12,580 nt of DNA from an uncultured archaeon (GCA_964485165.1 CAZAII010000017.1:1-12580), one strand, 5' to 3'. Positions 1 through 7,412 are shown, numbered from the stretch's first letter. The notes: generated from the sequence alone by a model not told the origin. Numbers and translations are program-made.

Positions 1-643
1 TGAGGTGGGACTCAACTTCCATCTCTTCCAGCATCTGGAATCCCTCGTCAGCGGTTATCTCCGCGACCGTTATGCCGTTGCCGGATGCAGTATCCCGCTC
101 CATCGCGGACTCTATCGACCTGATGACCAGCTGTTTGCCTTCCTCGTGATCCATGCCCTCCTCGTAGCTGTCCTCAAGCAGACCATAGGCCATCTGGGAA
201 CCTGAACCGGTCGCCGTGAACTTCTCATGCTTCATCAGGCCGCCAGCAGGGTCAAGATCGTACAGCACCCCTCCATCCTCGTCTATACCACCCAGAACGA
301 ACTGGTTGAAGAACGGCATCATCTTGTGTCTATGGAGGATGTTCGCAAGCAGCGTGCCAGCTCCCTTCACGCTGAGTTCCTTTGTCTCGAGCTTGTGGAG
401 GTTCAGCTGGCCTCTCATTATCCGGACTATCTTCTGTGCATCGCCGACACTCCCCGCGATGGTCAGGCCGATCGTGTCGTCAAGCCTGTAGACCTTCTTC
501 GCGTACTTGGAAGCGGTCAGGCGCCCCATAGAAGCCCTGCGGTCGGCAGCCAGTATCACTCCTCTCTCCGTCGTCAGTCCGACTGTTGTTGTCCCTGTTT
601 CGAGTTCGTCCATGTCCTTCTTTTCAGTTCTCGCGTTCTGCAT
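1..643 (-). CDS. psmB: Proteasome beta subunit (20S core, Ntn-hydrolase), C-terminus truncated by window edge
   Basis: The reverse-strand translation starts MQNARTEKKDMDELETGTTTVGL and continues ...TERGVILAADRRAS...IAGSVGDAQ. The G/TTTVG propeptide-processing site and the active-site Thr are characteristic of archaeal proteasome beta subunits. The ORF runs off the window at position 1. An alternative start exists at the internal ATG at 613-611 (MDELETGTTTV), which would give a short propeptide of Thermoplasma-like length. Confidence 0.88.
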   Translation of the reverse strand, partial: MQNARTEKKDMDELETGTTTVGLTTERGVILAADRRASMGRLTASKYAKKVYRLDDTIGLTIAGSVGDAQKIVRIMRGQLNLHKLETKELSVKGAGTLLANILHRHKMMPFFNQFVLGGIDEDGGVLYDLDPAGGLMKHEKFTATGSGSQMAYGLLEDSYEEGMDHEEGKQLVIRSIESAMERDTASGNGITVAEITADEGFQMLEEMEVESHL

Positions 644-720
644 AACAGTATCACGTCGTTTAACAGAAACTCGGATGAAAAACCTGTTAATAAGCACTTT
701 AGAGGTTTAGATTTAAATAC

Positions 721-1734
721 CTACTTGGAATCGTCCTCTCCTGTAGCCTTCCTCTCATCATCCAGCATGCTCGACCTGAGGCCTCCTGTCAGCTCCTCAA
801 GGTTGACGTTCTCCAGCACCTCGTCGACTATGTTCTGCACCGGTGAAGGGCCCTCGTCAACATCGCTTTGCTCCGGCATCAGCTCGGCGGGAATCGTAAG
901 TATGGTCGAGTTTTCCTGTGCGACGCGGTCCAGAGTCTCCAGCGTCCTCAGCTGGTATCCTCCCTTGCCCAGGATGTCTGATGCCGCACGCATCTCCACT
1001 GCAGCCTGCAGCTCTCCCTCTGCCTCCTTCAATTTGGCGCGCCTTGAACGCTCCGCTTCCGCCTCAGCCGCCATCGCCCTTTCCATCGAGTCGGGGATGG
1101 AGACATCCTGGATCTCGACGTCACGAATATGGATGCCGAAGTCGTTCGTCGCCTTGTCAAGGTCCTGTCTCAGCTCCTCGGCTATCTCGTCCCTGTTCTG
1201 GAGGATATCGTCCAGCTCCTTCCTCCCTATTATCGCCCTCAGCATTGTCTGACCGTAGTTCACCGTGACCTGGTTGAAGTCCTCGACCTCAAGTATCGCC
1301 TTCTTTATCTCCTCGGGGTCGCGCCGCACCTTGTAGAACACTATCGCATCGACTGTAACCGTCACGTTGTCCTTCGTCAGCACCTTCTGGGGGTTGACGT
1401 TCACTGTCTTGACCCTGTAATCCACCTTCTTCGTCCACTCGAGGAAAGGTATTATGATGTTGAACCCCGGTCCAAGGACGCGGGAGTAGCTTCCCAGTCG
1501 GAAGACAAGGGCGCGTTCGTACTCCTGGTTTATGACTATGGAAAAGTAGAACAGTAAAGCGAGCCCTGCACCGACGAACATGCCAGCACTTCCACCAACC
1601 ACCGATCCGATGCCCGCCAGTATCACCAGCAGAACCACTGTTAGTACTATCTTTGCCGCCGAGAACGAGCCCGACATGCCTGGCGACATCGACCCGTGAA
1701 GGTCCTCACTTACCGCAACTGCTCCGTTGGCCAT
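721..1734 (-). CDS. SPFH/band-7 domain membrane protein (stomatin/prohibitin/HflK-C family)
   Basis: This is a 337-aa ORF. The N-terminal hydrophobic stretch is AKIVLTVVLLVILAGIGSVVGGSAGMFVGAGLALLFYF. A band-7 core follows (RALVFRLGSYSRVLGPGFNIIIPFLE...VTVDAIVFYKV...GQTMLRAIIGRKELDDIL). An Ala/Glu-rich coiled-coil segment (ERAMAAEAEAERSRRAKLKEAEGELQAA) and an acidic C-terminal tail complete the protein. Confidence 0.85.
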   Translation of the reverse strand: MANGAVAVSEDLHGSMSPGMSGSFSAAKIVLTVVLLVILAGIGSVVGGSAGMFVGAGLALLFYFSIVINQEYERALVFRLGSYSRVLGPGFNIIIPFLEWTKKVDYRVKTVNVNPQKVLTKDNVTVTVDAIVFYKVRRDPEEIKKAILEVEDFNQVTVNYGQTMLRAIIGRKELDDILQNRDEIAEELRQDLDKATNDFGIHIRDVEIQDVSIPDSMERAMAAEAEAERSRRAKLKEAEGELQAAVEMRAASDILGKGGYQLRTLETLDRVAQENSTILTIPAELMPEQSDVDEGPSPVQNIVDEVLENVNLEELTGGLRSSMLDDERKATGEDDSK

Positions 1735-1754
1735 GAAAATGGTTTATCGGCAAG

Positions 1755-1766
1755 CTAGTTAAATCT
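1755..1766 (-). promoter_or_regulatory. TATA-like box (AGATTTAACTAG on the minus strand) about 20-25 nt upstream of the SPFH gene ATG
   Basis: This A/T box lies in the 88-nt spacer between the proS stop and the SPFH start. Its spacing matches the other boxes in this window and suggests a leaderless or short-leader mRNA. Confidence 0.35.
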
Positions 1767-1805
1767 TGCGATAGCCGAGCCAGTAATCCTTCGCGTGACT
1801 GGCGG

Positions 1806-1822
1806 TCAAATAAAAATTTACT
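1806..1822 (-). terminator. Oligo-T tract immediately after the proS stop codon (archaeal-type intrinsic terminator candidate)
   Basis: On the minus strand the sequence after the TGA stop reads AGTAAATTTTTATTTGACC, with T5 and T3 runs. Archaeal RNA polymerase terminates at oligo-dT tracts. Confidence 0.4.
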
Positions 1823-3286
1823 TCAGTAGTTCTTCGCGAAATAGACCCATTTCTTCGCGTTCTCCCCGCAGACCGCGCATTCGCCTTCGATTTCCTCCTC
1901 GCGGATCTCCTCAGGTTTCGAGTCCTCCCGGAACGGGAGCACGACTATCTCCGCTGCGACCTCCTGCTTGACCTCTTCCTCACACGATTCTTCACCACAC
2001 CACTTCGCCTTCACGTAGCCGCGGTTCTTGCCTATGATGCCAAGGATTTCCTGCTTCGACTCCGCCTCCCGGATGTTCTCCTCAAGGTACTCCTCCAGCC
2101 GGTTGTACATCGACCTCTGGACGTCGTAGAGCAGCTGCTCGACCTCTTCCTCCGCCTCGCCGACAGGTATCGACTCCTGTTCGTCAGTATCACGTCTGAC
2201 CGCGGTCACCTCCGCGTCCGACACCTCGTTAGGCCCTATCTCGAGCCTCAGCGGGACACCTTTCAGCTCCCACTCGTTGAACTTGTAGCCCGGCGACCGG
2301 TGGTCGCGGGCATCTACCTCGGTCCTGAACTCGGAGAGTTCCTCATTCACCTCTTCCGCGTATTCCAGGACCTCCTGCCTGTTGTCGTCTTGGTAGATGG
2401 GGACGATGACGACCTGTACCGGAGCGACAGTCGGAGGAAGTTTCAGGCCATCATTGTCGCCGTGCGCCATTATCAGGGCGCCGACAGTCCTGGTTGACAG
2501 GCCCCAGCTGGTGGTCCAGCAGGTCCGGGTCTCAGCGTTCTCGTCCTCGAACTCTATATCGAACGCCTCCGCGAAGTTCTGGCCGAGCTGGTGCGATGTC
2601 CCTGACTGGATGGACTTACCGTCTGGCATCAAGGTCTCGATGGTAGTAGTGTATTTCGCGCCCGGGAACTTGTCGTGCTCAGGCTTGTAGCCGAGTATAG
2701 ATGGAATCGCGAGGTGCTCCTCTATGACCTCCTTGTACTGCTCAAGCCTCAGCATCGTCTCCTCGTCCGCCGCGCTCTCATCCGCGTGTGCCGTGTGGCC
2801 CTCCTGCCAGAGGAATTCCCTGGTGCGCAGGAAAGGCCGCGTATCAGTGGCTTCCCACCGGACGATGTTCGCCCACTGGTTGAGCCGGAGCGGAAGGTCG
2901 CGGTGCGACCTCACCCACTTCGACATGAAGGGTGCGATTATCGACTCGGAGGTCGGCCTTACAGCGAGCCGCTTCTCCAGCTCCTCGTCACCACCGTGGG
3001 TGACCCAGGCGACCTCCGGGGAGAAACCCTCGACGATGTCCGCCTCCTTCTCAAGGTATTCTTCGGGTATCAAAAGTGGGAAGTAGGCGTTCTCAGCCCC
3101 TGTTTCAGTTATCTTTTCGTTGAAATCCTGCTTTATCGACTCCCAGAGCTTCAGGCCGTACGGCCTGAACACCATGCAGCCCTTTACAGGTGCGTAATCC
3201 GCCAGCTCCGCCTTCTGCACCACCTGGGTGTACCACTCTGAAGGGTTGCTCTGCTTGTCCGCCGTTATACCCAGTTCCTGCGACAT
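1823..3286 (-). CDS. proS: Prolyl-tRNA synthetase, archaeal/eukaryotic type (class II)
   Basis: The translation carries ...SEWYTQVVQKAELADYAPVKGCMVFRPYG...FPLLIPEEYLEKEA...LAVRPTSESI...RTREFLWQEGHTAHA...GDNDGLKLPP and ends in the family-typical ...KWVYFAKNY. The ORF-track start at 3343 is a TTG. The first ATG is at 3286-3284 (M20, MSQELGI...). Its position matches the N-terminus of archaeal ProRS, which begins near the SEWY motif. A TATA-like box lies about 26 nt upstream of this ATG. Confidence 0.9.
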   Translation of the reverse strand: MSQELGITADKQSNPSEWYTQVVQKAELADYAPVKGCMVFRPYGLKLWESIKQDFNEKITETGAENAYFPLLIPEEYLEKEADIVEGFSPEVAWVTHGGDEELEKRLAVRPTSESIIAPFMSKWVRSHRDLPLRLNQWANIVRWEATDTRPFLRTREFLWQEGHTAHADESAADEETMLRLEQYKEVIEEHLAIPSILGYKPEHDKFPGAKYTTTIETLMPDGKSIQSGTSHQLGQNFAEAFDIEFEDENAETRTCWTTSWGLSTRTVGALIMAHGDNDGLKLPPTVAPVQVVIVPIYQDDNRQEVLEYAEEVNEELSEFRTEVDARDHRSPGYKFNEWELKGVPLRLEIGPNEVSDAEVTAVRRDTDEQESIPVGEAEEEVEQLLYDVQRSMYNRLEEYLEENIREAESKQEILGIIGKNRGYVKAKWCGEESCEEEVKQEVAAEIVVLPFREDSKPEEIREEEIEGECAVCGENAKKWVYFAKNY

Positions 3287-3312
3287 GCTTGTCTCACGGG
3301 GAAAGTTCAGAA

Positions 3313-3324
3313 GATAAGCTATTT
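3313..3324 (-). promoter_or_regulatory. TATA-like box (AAATAGCTTATC on the minus strand) about 26 nt upstream of the proS ATG at 3286
   Basis: An A/T-rich box sits at the canonical archaeal TATA distance from the first ATG, so the transcript would be leaderless. It lies in the divergent spacer shared with the zinc-finger gene. Confidence 0.4.
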
Positions 3325-3364
3325 CAAGGTTTTTAGTTGACAAGCCGGCCGAAAGAGGTCATTC

Positions 3365-3372
3365 TTTTTAAC
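3365..3372 (+). promoter_or_regulatory. TATA-like box (TTTTTAAC) about 21 nt upstream of the zinc-finger/thioredoxin gene ATG at 3394
   Basis: The box is seen in CATTCTTTTTAACTCGAGACGCCTAACTCGTTGTATG. Its spacing to the ATG is the same as at mre11 and herA. Confidence 0.4.
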
Positions 3373-3393
3373 TCGAGACGCCTAACTCGTTGT

Positions 3394-3957
3394 ATGTCTG
3401 GAGAAGCCTACGAGTGCCCGGAGTGCGGCAAGAAGTTCGGCTCGGAGGAGACTCTCCACGACCATTTCGAGATGGAGCACGAATCCGTCGACTTCCTCGA
3501 ATCCAGGAGGGCGGGAGAGAAGAGACCTGTCGACCTTTTTAAGGCTATAAGGCCCTATCTCAACGTCTCGTTCGCCCTCGGCCTAATGGCCGGCTTCCTT
3601 ATTACGACAGCAGCTTTTACCGGATACGCCCACCTCAGCAAGGACCGCGGCGTTCCAGTGGAGATAACGGTTGTGACCTGCGAAAACTGCAGCTACGACC
3701 GTTTCCGCGACACCACCGACCGGCTTTTCAACACCCGCTACGAGGAGGTGGACTACCGGAGCAACAGGGGGCGGGAGCTCATCACCAGGTACAACCTTAA
3801 GTACGTGCCCGGCTTCGTCTACTCCAAAGACATCGAGGAGGCGAAGAACTTTACCTACGTCCGCGCCTCCCTGGTCGAGTTCGACGATGCGTACGTTCTC
3901 GCGGACGAGGGCAACCGCGTAGCCCAGCGGTTCAGCAAGGGAATGCAACTGGAGTAG
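3394..3957 (+). CDS. Membrane protein: N-terminal C2H2 zinc finger, single TM helix, C-terminal thioredoxin-fold domain with a CENC motif
   Basis: The zinc finger is a canonical eukaryote-type C2H2 (C-x2-C-x3-F-x5-L-x2-H-x4-H), seen as YECPECGKKFGSEETLHDHFEMEH. The TM helix is VSFALGLMAGFLITTAAFTGYAHL, with Arg/Lys clustered on its N-terminal side, implying N-in/C-out topology. The C-terminal domain has beta1-CxxC (EITVVTCENC), then helix, beta, helix, and a cis-Pro-type motif KYVPGFVY. This fits a thioredoxin/glutaredoxin fold. The ORF track starts at a TTG at 3337; the first ATG is at 3394. Confidence 0.6.
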   Translation: MSGEAYECPECGKKFGSEETLHDHFEMEHESVDFLESRRAGEKRPVDLFKAIRPYLNVSFALGLMAGFLITTAAFTGYAHLSKDRGVPVEITVVTCENCSYDRFRDTTDRLFNTRYEEVDYRSNRGRELITRYNLKYVPGFVYSKDIEEAKNFTYVRASLVEFDDAYVLADEGNRVAQRFSKGMQLE

Positions 3958-3963
3958 TTATCG

Positions 3964-3975
3964 ATAAAAGATTTT
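3964..3975 (+). promoter_or_regulatory. TATA-like box (ATAAAAGATTTT) about 23 nt upstream of the mre11 ATG
   Basis: The 36-nt spacer CGATAAAAGATTTTGAACCAAACCTTCTCCAGATG contains the A/T box. Its T-run could also terminate the upstream gene. Confidence 0.4.
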
Positions 3976-3993
3976 GAACCAAACCTTCTCCAG

Positions 3994-5157
3994 ATGAAGG
4001 TTTCTATAATCAGTGACACCCACTTCGGATACAAATGGGGAGAGGAGCGCGGGGAAGACGCCTTCGAGAACGCGAGGGGGGCCTTCGAGAAGTCCCTTGA
4101 TGCCGACCTGATAATCCTGCCCGGCGACATCTTCGACCGGAAGATTCCCAAGCAGGAGGTCCTCGATAGAGCGGCGGAAGTCCTCTCCATCCCGATGGAA
4201 GGTGAGCGCAACGTGGAGGCGGACTGCGAGCTCGGTATCCACGGCAACGGCATCCCCACAGTAGCGATTCACGGGACGCACGAGAGGAGGCCCAGCGCAT
4301 ACACCAACCCCATCGAGCTGATGGCGAACACGGGACACCTTTTCCACCTCCACAACGACCACATAGTATTCGAGAAGGACGGGGAGAAGGTCGCGGTCCA
4401 CGGCATGAGCGGCGTCCCGGAGAAGTACGCCCCCCAGGTGCTGGAGAAGTTCGATCCCGAACCCGTCGACGATGCGTTTAACATACTGGTCATCCACCAG
4501 TCAATCGAGGGCTTCGTCTACACAGGTGAAGGCGAATACCTCACGCTGGAGTCGCTGCCCAAGGGGTTCGACCTGATAGTCGACGGTCACATCCACTGGT
4601 ACAACATCGAGAGGTTCAAGGAAGATCCGGAGGAGAGACCGCTGGTCTTCCCCGGTTCGACGGTCACGACCCAGATGAGGAAGATAGAGGCCGAGAAGCC
4701 GAAAGGGTTCCTTATGCTCGACACCGAAACGCGGGAGCTCGACTTCGTCGAACTCGACAGGCCGCGCGATGTCCACTACATCGAGATGGAGGTGGACGGA
4801 GAGGACTGGACCGAGATAAAACGGGAGGCGGTGGAGCGGCTGGAGGAAGTCGCGAGCGACGAGAAGCCGCTGGTGAACCTGAAGATAAAGGGAGAGACTT
4901 CCGGCCGTGTCAATCCGCGGGAACTCAAGCAGCTTTTCCGCGACCGGATGTTCCTCAACGTCAACTCCTCCATCGAGGGAGCGGAGACCCAAAGTTCCTC
5001 CATGAGCCAGAACATCGACCCTCTTGAAGAAGGGAGAGAGATGCTTGCGGAGAAGCTCGACGTCAAGTTCGGGCAGGAGGAAGAGCTTTTCGAGCTCCTT
5101 GAGAGCGGCAGCACTTCTGAAGCCATAAAACTGCTGAAGCAGGCGGAGATAGGATGA
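3994..5157 (+). CDS. mre11: DNA double-strand break repair nuclease Mre11 (calcineurin-like metallophosphoesterase)
   Basis: Phosphoesterase motifs are present: I (IISDTHFG), II (ILPGDIFD), III (AIHGTHERR, the GNHE-type position) and V (DGHIHW). A C-terminal capping-domain-like region follows. The stop codon overlaps the rad50 start as ATGA. Confidence 0.9.
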   Translation: MKVSIISDTHFGYKWGEERGEDAFENARGAFEKSLDADLIILPGDIFDRKIPKQEVLDRAAEVLSIPMEGERNVEADCELGIHGNGIPTVAIHGTHERRPSAYTNPIELMANTGHLFHLHNDHIVFEKDGEKVAVHGMSGVPEKYAPQVLEKFDPEPVDDAFNILVIHQSIEGFVYTGEGEYLTLESLPKGFDLIVDGHIHWYNIERFKEDPEERPLVFPGSTVTTQMRKIEAEKPKGFLMLDTETRELDFVELDRPRDVHYIEMEVDGEDWTEIKREAVERLEEVASDEKPLVNLKIKGETSGRVNPRELKQLFRDRMFLNVNSSIEGAETQSSSMSQNIDPLEEGREMLAEKLDVKFGQEEELFELLESGSTSEAIKLLKQAEIG

Positions 5158-7412
5158 TAAAGAAGGTCGAACTACAGAACTGGAAGTCACACCACGAGAC
5201 CGATCTCGAGTTCTCGGAGGGAGTCAACGCACTGATAGGGACCATGGGCTCCGGAAAGTCGAGCGTCCTCGAGGCGATCGTATTTGCTCTCTACGGTACC
5301 ACGCCCAGCCTCAACGCCCGGGAGGTCAAGCTGGACGATGTCATCAGGAGGACCCCGTCAAGAGCGGACAGTGCCCGCGTGAAAGTGGTGCTAGAGGTGG
5401 AGGGCGAGGAGTACTCCGTGGAGAGGGAGATAGAGCGCGGCAAGGGAACCTCGAGGAGCGAGCTGCGGAAGGACGGGGAGCTCATCGAGGCGCCTTCCAC
5501 CGAGGAGGTGACGGAGCAGGTTGTAAAGCGGATCGGCATGGACTTCCAGTCTTTCACGAGAGCGGTTTTCTCAGAGCAGAACAACCTCGACCTGTTCCTG
5601 GAGATGCGCGCCGGGAAAAGAAAGGAGAGGATAGACGAGCTTCTCAGGCTGGACAGGTTCGAGGACGCCCGGCAGTCGGCGGTCAAGGTGGAGAACCAGA
5701 TGGAAAAAGAGTTCGAGTCGAAACAGGAGGACCTGAAAGCACTTGAAGAAGACTGGGAAGAGGAAGAGCTTGAAGAGCTTGAAGAGGAGATAGAAGAACA
5801 TAAGGAAAAGATAGAGGAACTGGAGCAGGGGCTCAAGGAGCTCTCAGAACAGGTAGAAGACAGGCGGGAAAAGCTTGACGAGTTGAAGCAGAGACGTGAC
5901 CGCCATCGGGAACTCGAGAAGAGACATACGAAACTGGAGACACGGCTGGAATCAGTTGAGGAGCAGGTTGAGGAGATAGACGCAGAGATGGTTGAGGACG
6001 CGGCCGAGGAACTGGAAAAGGCGCGTGAAGAGCTCGAAGAACTGGAACAGCTGGAAAGGGACATAGACCGCCAGAAGCAGGAGCTTGACCACCTGGAGCA
6101 GAAGCGAGAAAGCCTTGAAGAAGAGAAAGAGCAGGTAAAGGAGAACGTCGAGAAGTTCGAAAGGTTCGACGAACTGGAGGAAGAGCTGGATGAGGTCGAA
6201 CAGCAGATAGACGAGATAAAGAACGAGGGCAACCAGGTATACGCCGAGAGGACCAACCTGGAGGAGAGCCTGGAGACTCTTGAGGATACTGATGGTGAAT
6301 GTCCTACCTGCGGCCAGGAGCTCGACGAGGAACACAGGGAGGAGATACGGCAGGAGAGGACGCGGAAGATAAAGGAGCTGAAGAAGCAGGAGAAACGACT
6401 CAGGCAGGATATCGAAAAACTCATGGACAGGAAGGAAGAACTGGTGGAAGAAAGAGACGAACTGCTCCAGCACCGGAACGCGGCCGAAAAACTGGCAGAC
6501 AAAAAAGAAGAGCTGGAAAGTCTGGAGAAAGATATAGAGGCCGCGGAAAAGGAACTTGAAGAGATTGAGGAAGAGTTCTCTCCGGAAAGAGTGGAACGCG
6601 TGGAACAGGAAATCGAGGAGCTGGAAGCCGCGGAAGAACTCCGGGAACTGGAGCAGAAGAGAGACGCGCTTGAAGAAAAGATGGACGAAACGGAGGAGGA
6701 ACTTGAAGAGCTGGATTTCGACGAGGAACGGATGGAGGAGGTGCAGGAAGAAGTTTCAGACCTGGAAAAAGAGCAGTCGGTAAAGCAGAACACCGTGGAA
6801 TCGGAGAGGGAACTGCTGGAAGAGAAGCAGAAAAGGCTCGAAAACCTTGAGAAGCAGAGAGAGCGGCTGGAAGAGCTGGGGCACGAGACCGAAAAGCTCG
6901 ACAGGCTGATGGACTACCTTCACCACTACCGGACCGCGCTCGAAGACACACAGGTCTCGCTGAGGCAGAGGTTCGTGCAGCGGCTTAACGACCTGATGGA
7001 CCGGATCTGGAGCCAGGTCTACCCCTACGACGACTACTACTCCATAAGGTTGAACGCCGAGGAAGACTACCTCCTGGAACTCCTCGACGCAGAGAACAAC
7101 TGGATATCAGCCGAGGCACAGGTATCGGGCGGCGAGAGGCATTCCGCTGCGCTGGTGATGAGACTCGGCCTCACTTTCGTGCTCTCCCCCAAGATCCAGG
7201 TCCTGATGCTCGACGAGCCAACCCACAACCTTGATTCAAGCGCGGTAGAAGAACTCGCGGAGACCCTGCGAGACAGGACCTCCGACCTCATAAAACAGCT
7301 TTTCGTCGTCACACACGATCCCGCGCTTGAAGCCGCGGCGACAGGAAGGCTCTACCAGTTCGAGAAGAAGGACACCGAGACTGGACTCACAGAGGTAGAG
7401 GAAGTCCGGTAG
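5154..7412 (+). CDS. rad50: DNA double-strand break repair ATPase Rad50 (SMC-like ABC ATPase with zinc hook)
   Basis: The N-terminal Walker A is LIGTMGSGKSSVLEAI. A very long Glu-rich coiled coil is interrupted by a zinc-hook CPTC (DGECPTCGQEL, nt 6299-6310). The C-terminal half carries the signature SGGERHSAALVMRLGL, Walker B VLMLDEPTHNLD and the H-loop VVTHD. The ATG at 5154 overlaps the mre11 TGA. Confidence 0.92.
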   Translation: MIKKVELQNWKSHHETDLEFSEGVNALIGTMGSGKSSVLEAIVFALYGTTPSLNAREVKLDDVIRRTPSRADSARVKVVLEVEGEEYSVEREIERGKGTSRSELRKDGELIEAPSTEEVTEQVVKRIGMDFQSFTRAVFSEQNNLDLFLEMRAGKRKERIDELLRLDRFEDARQSAVKVENQMEKEFESKQEDLKALEEDWEEEELEELEEEIEEHKEKIEELEQGLKELSEQVEDRREKLDELKQRRDRHRELEKRHTKLETRLESVEEQVEEIDAEMVEDAAEELEKAREELEELEQLERDIDRQKQELDHLEQKRESLEEEKEQVKENVEKFERFDELEEELDEVEQQIDEIKNEGNQVYAERTNLEESLETLEDTDGECPTCGQELDEEHREEIRQERTRKIKELKKQEKRLRQDIEKLMDRKEELVEERDELLQHRNAAEKLADKKEELESLEKDIEAAEKELEEIEEEFSPERVERVEQEIEELEAAEELRELEQKRDALEEKMDETEEELEELDFDEERMEEVQEEVSDLEKEQSVKQNTVESERELLEEKQKRLENLEKQRERLEELGHETEKLDRLMDYLHHYRTALEDTQVSLRQRFVQRLNDLMDRIWSQVYPYDDYYSIRLNAEEDYLLELLDAENNWISAEAQVSGGERHSAALVMRLGLTFVLSPKIQVLMLDEPTHNLDSSAVEELAETLRDRTSDLIKQLFVVTHDPALEAAATGRLYQFEKKDTETGLTEVEEVR

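Noticed and set aside
227-1252. 341-aa plus-strand ORF spanning the psmB/SPFH region
   Set aside because: It is antisense to two strongly supported genes. It is Ser/Leu-rich, has no recognisable motifs and crosses the psmB/SPFH intergenic spacer. It is a spurious open frame.
1735-1822. Possible tRNA or small RNA in the 88-nt proS/SPFH spacer
   Set aside because: No cloverleaf-compatible stem pattern or conserved tRNA positions are visible. The spacer is accounted for by an oligo-T terminator plus an A/T promoter box.
2675-3241. 188-aa and 120-aa plus-strand ORFs inside proS
   Set aside because: They are antisense to a full-length, motif-complete ProRS. Their Arg/Leu-rich composition is typical of shadow ORFs.
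4501-5190. 229-aa and 116-aa minus-strand ORFs within mre11, and 179/134/96/74-aa ORFs antisense to mre11 and the zinc-finger gene
   Set aside because: They are Leu/Arg-rich antisense frames of GC-rich coding sequence, while all mre11 phosphoesterase motifs are intact on the plus strand.
5763-5786. Short tandem DNA repeat (GAAGAGCTT x2 plus a partial unit) and other GAR-rich periodicity in rad50
   Set aside because: It is in-frame coding sequence for EELEELEE within the coiled coil. It is not a CRISPR, satellite or mobile-element repeat. No CRISPR array, IS terminal inverted repeats or integrase genes were seen anywhere in the window.
5952-6473. 173-aa Leu-rich minus-strand ORF and other small ORFs (6299-6559, 6421-6951, 6556-6783) within rad50
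   Set aside because: They are alternative-frame or antisense readings of the repetitive coiled-coil region. Arg/Lys/Pro-rich or Leu-rich low complexity explains them fully.
5291-6793. 500-aa minus-strand ORF encoding an almost pure Ser/Phe/Cys low-complexity protein
   Set aside because: It lies exactly antisense to the GAR-rich (GAA/GAG) Rad50 coiled-coil codons. Reading those in reverse gives TTC/CTC/TCT, i.e. poly-Ser/Phe/Leu. It has no start context or motifs, so it is a composition artefact.
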